Shown one piece after another: positions 63,659-64,000 of a stretch of DNA of 64,000 nt. This stretch comes from Podarcis pityusensis (Eukaryota). The stretch lies in NCBI GenBank assembly GCA_964106645.2, contig OZ067044.1; one strand, 5' to 3'. Below the pieces are notes generated by a model. The model worked only from the letters and a program-made list of their open reading frames with translations. It ran no database searches and was not told where the DNA came from. Position 1 is the first letter of the stretch. Each line of letters starts with the position of its first letter. Position numbers and translations under genes: made by a program.

Positions 63659-64000
63659 TGTCCTTTATCAGGACAGGCAAGGGATGGCCTTGGCTCCCCA
63701 GGGGAACAACGAAAACACATCAGAACTTTATCTTATGTGCTGACCACAAAGACGCGCAGACCCACGTCTGGGAATAACGCCAGAGTGTGTTCTTGGAAAT
63801 GGTGACCTCTGCGTCCCAGATAAGAGTAGGAAGAGGAAGATCCTTTTATGGTCAGAAGTACAGGAAGGAAGATCCTTTTATGGTTGAGAGTACCAGAGCA
63901 GGAACATATGTGATGTCAACCTGTGTACGTAGGCCGACGTGGTTGGGCTCCTAGGGGAGGAGTGAGAGGGTGCCTGGAGGATATATAAACTGCATGAAAC
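63659..64000 (+). mobile_element. Possible LTR (U3 part), truncated by the window end
   Basis: Abrupt GC/CpG rise starting at TG, an internal direct repeat ggaagatccttttatgg (two copies) and a TATATAAA near 63982. Confidence 0.35.

Noticed and set aside
1-64000. Constant exons, C-type exons, or alpha/beta cluster genes
   Set aside because: No QAPPNTDWRFSQ-type constant exon or alpha/beta-specific motifs seen. All exons carry gammaA or gammaB signatures.

Overview
Vertebrate genomic DNA, very probably a squamate lizard (inferred from BovB/RTE, CR1, L2, a Squam-like tRNA SINE, and hAT and Tigger MITEs). The window is part of the variable-exon array of the clustered protocadherin-gamma locus. 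All exons are on the minus strand. There are six gamma-A-type variable exons (one truncated by the window start), four gamma-B-type exons (one frameshifted by a 1-nt deletion) and a TM/cytoplasmic exon relic. Each full exon encodes signal peptide, EC1-EC6, TM and a variable cytoplasmic domain. Each ends at a phase-0 GTGAG splice donor and has a CSE/CTCF promoter element about 190-250 bp upstream, all in the same orientation. The constant exons are not in the window and should lie beyond position 1. The array grew by tandem duplication of a gammaA+gammaB cassette (about 13.2-13.7 kb) plus a roughly 5.5 kb gammaB duplication, with strong gene-conversion homogenisation of EC5/EC6-TM. The system class is known. 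The lineage-specific points of most interest are: loss of the CSE CpG (CGCT to CACT) in exactly the seven recently amplified promoters; mosaic exons; EC2-EC3-focused divergence between young paralogs; and a 7-aa deletion in the gammaA VCD motif. There is a 185-N assembly gap at 59586-59770.
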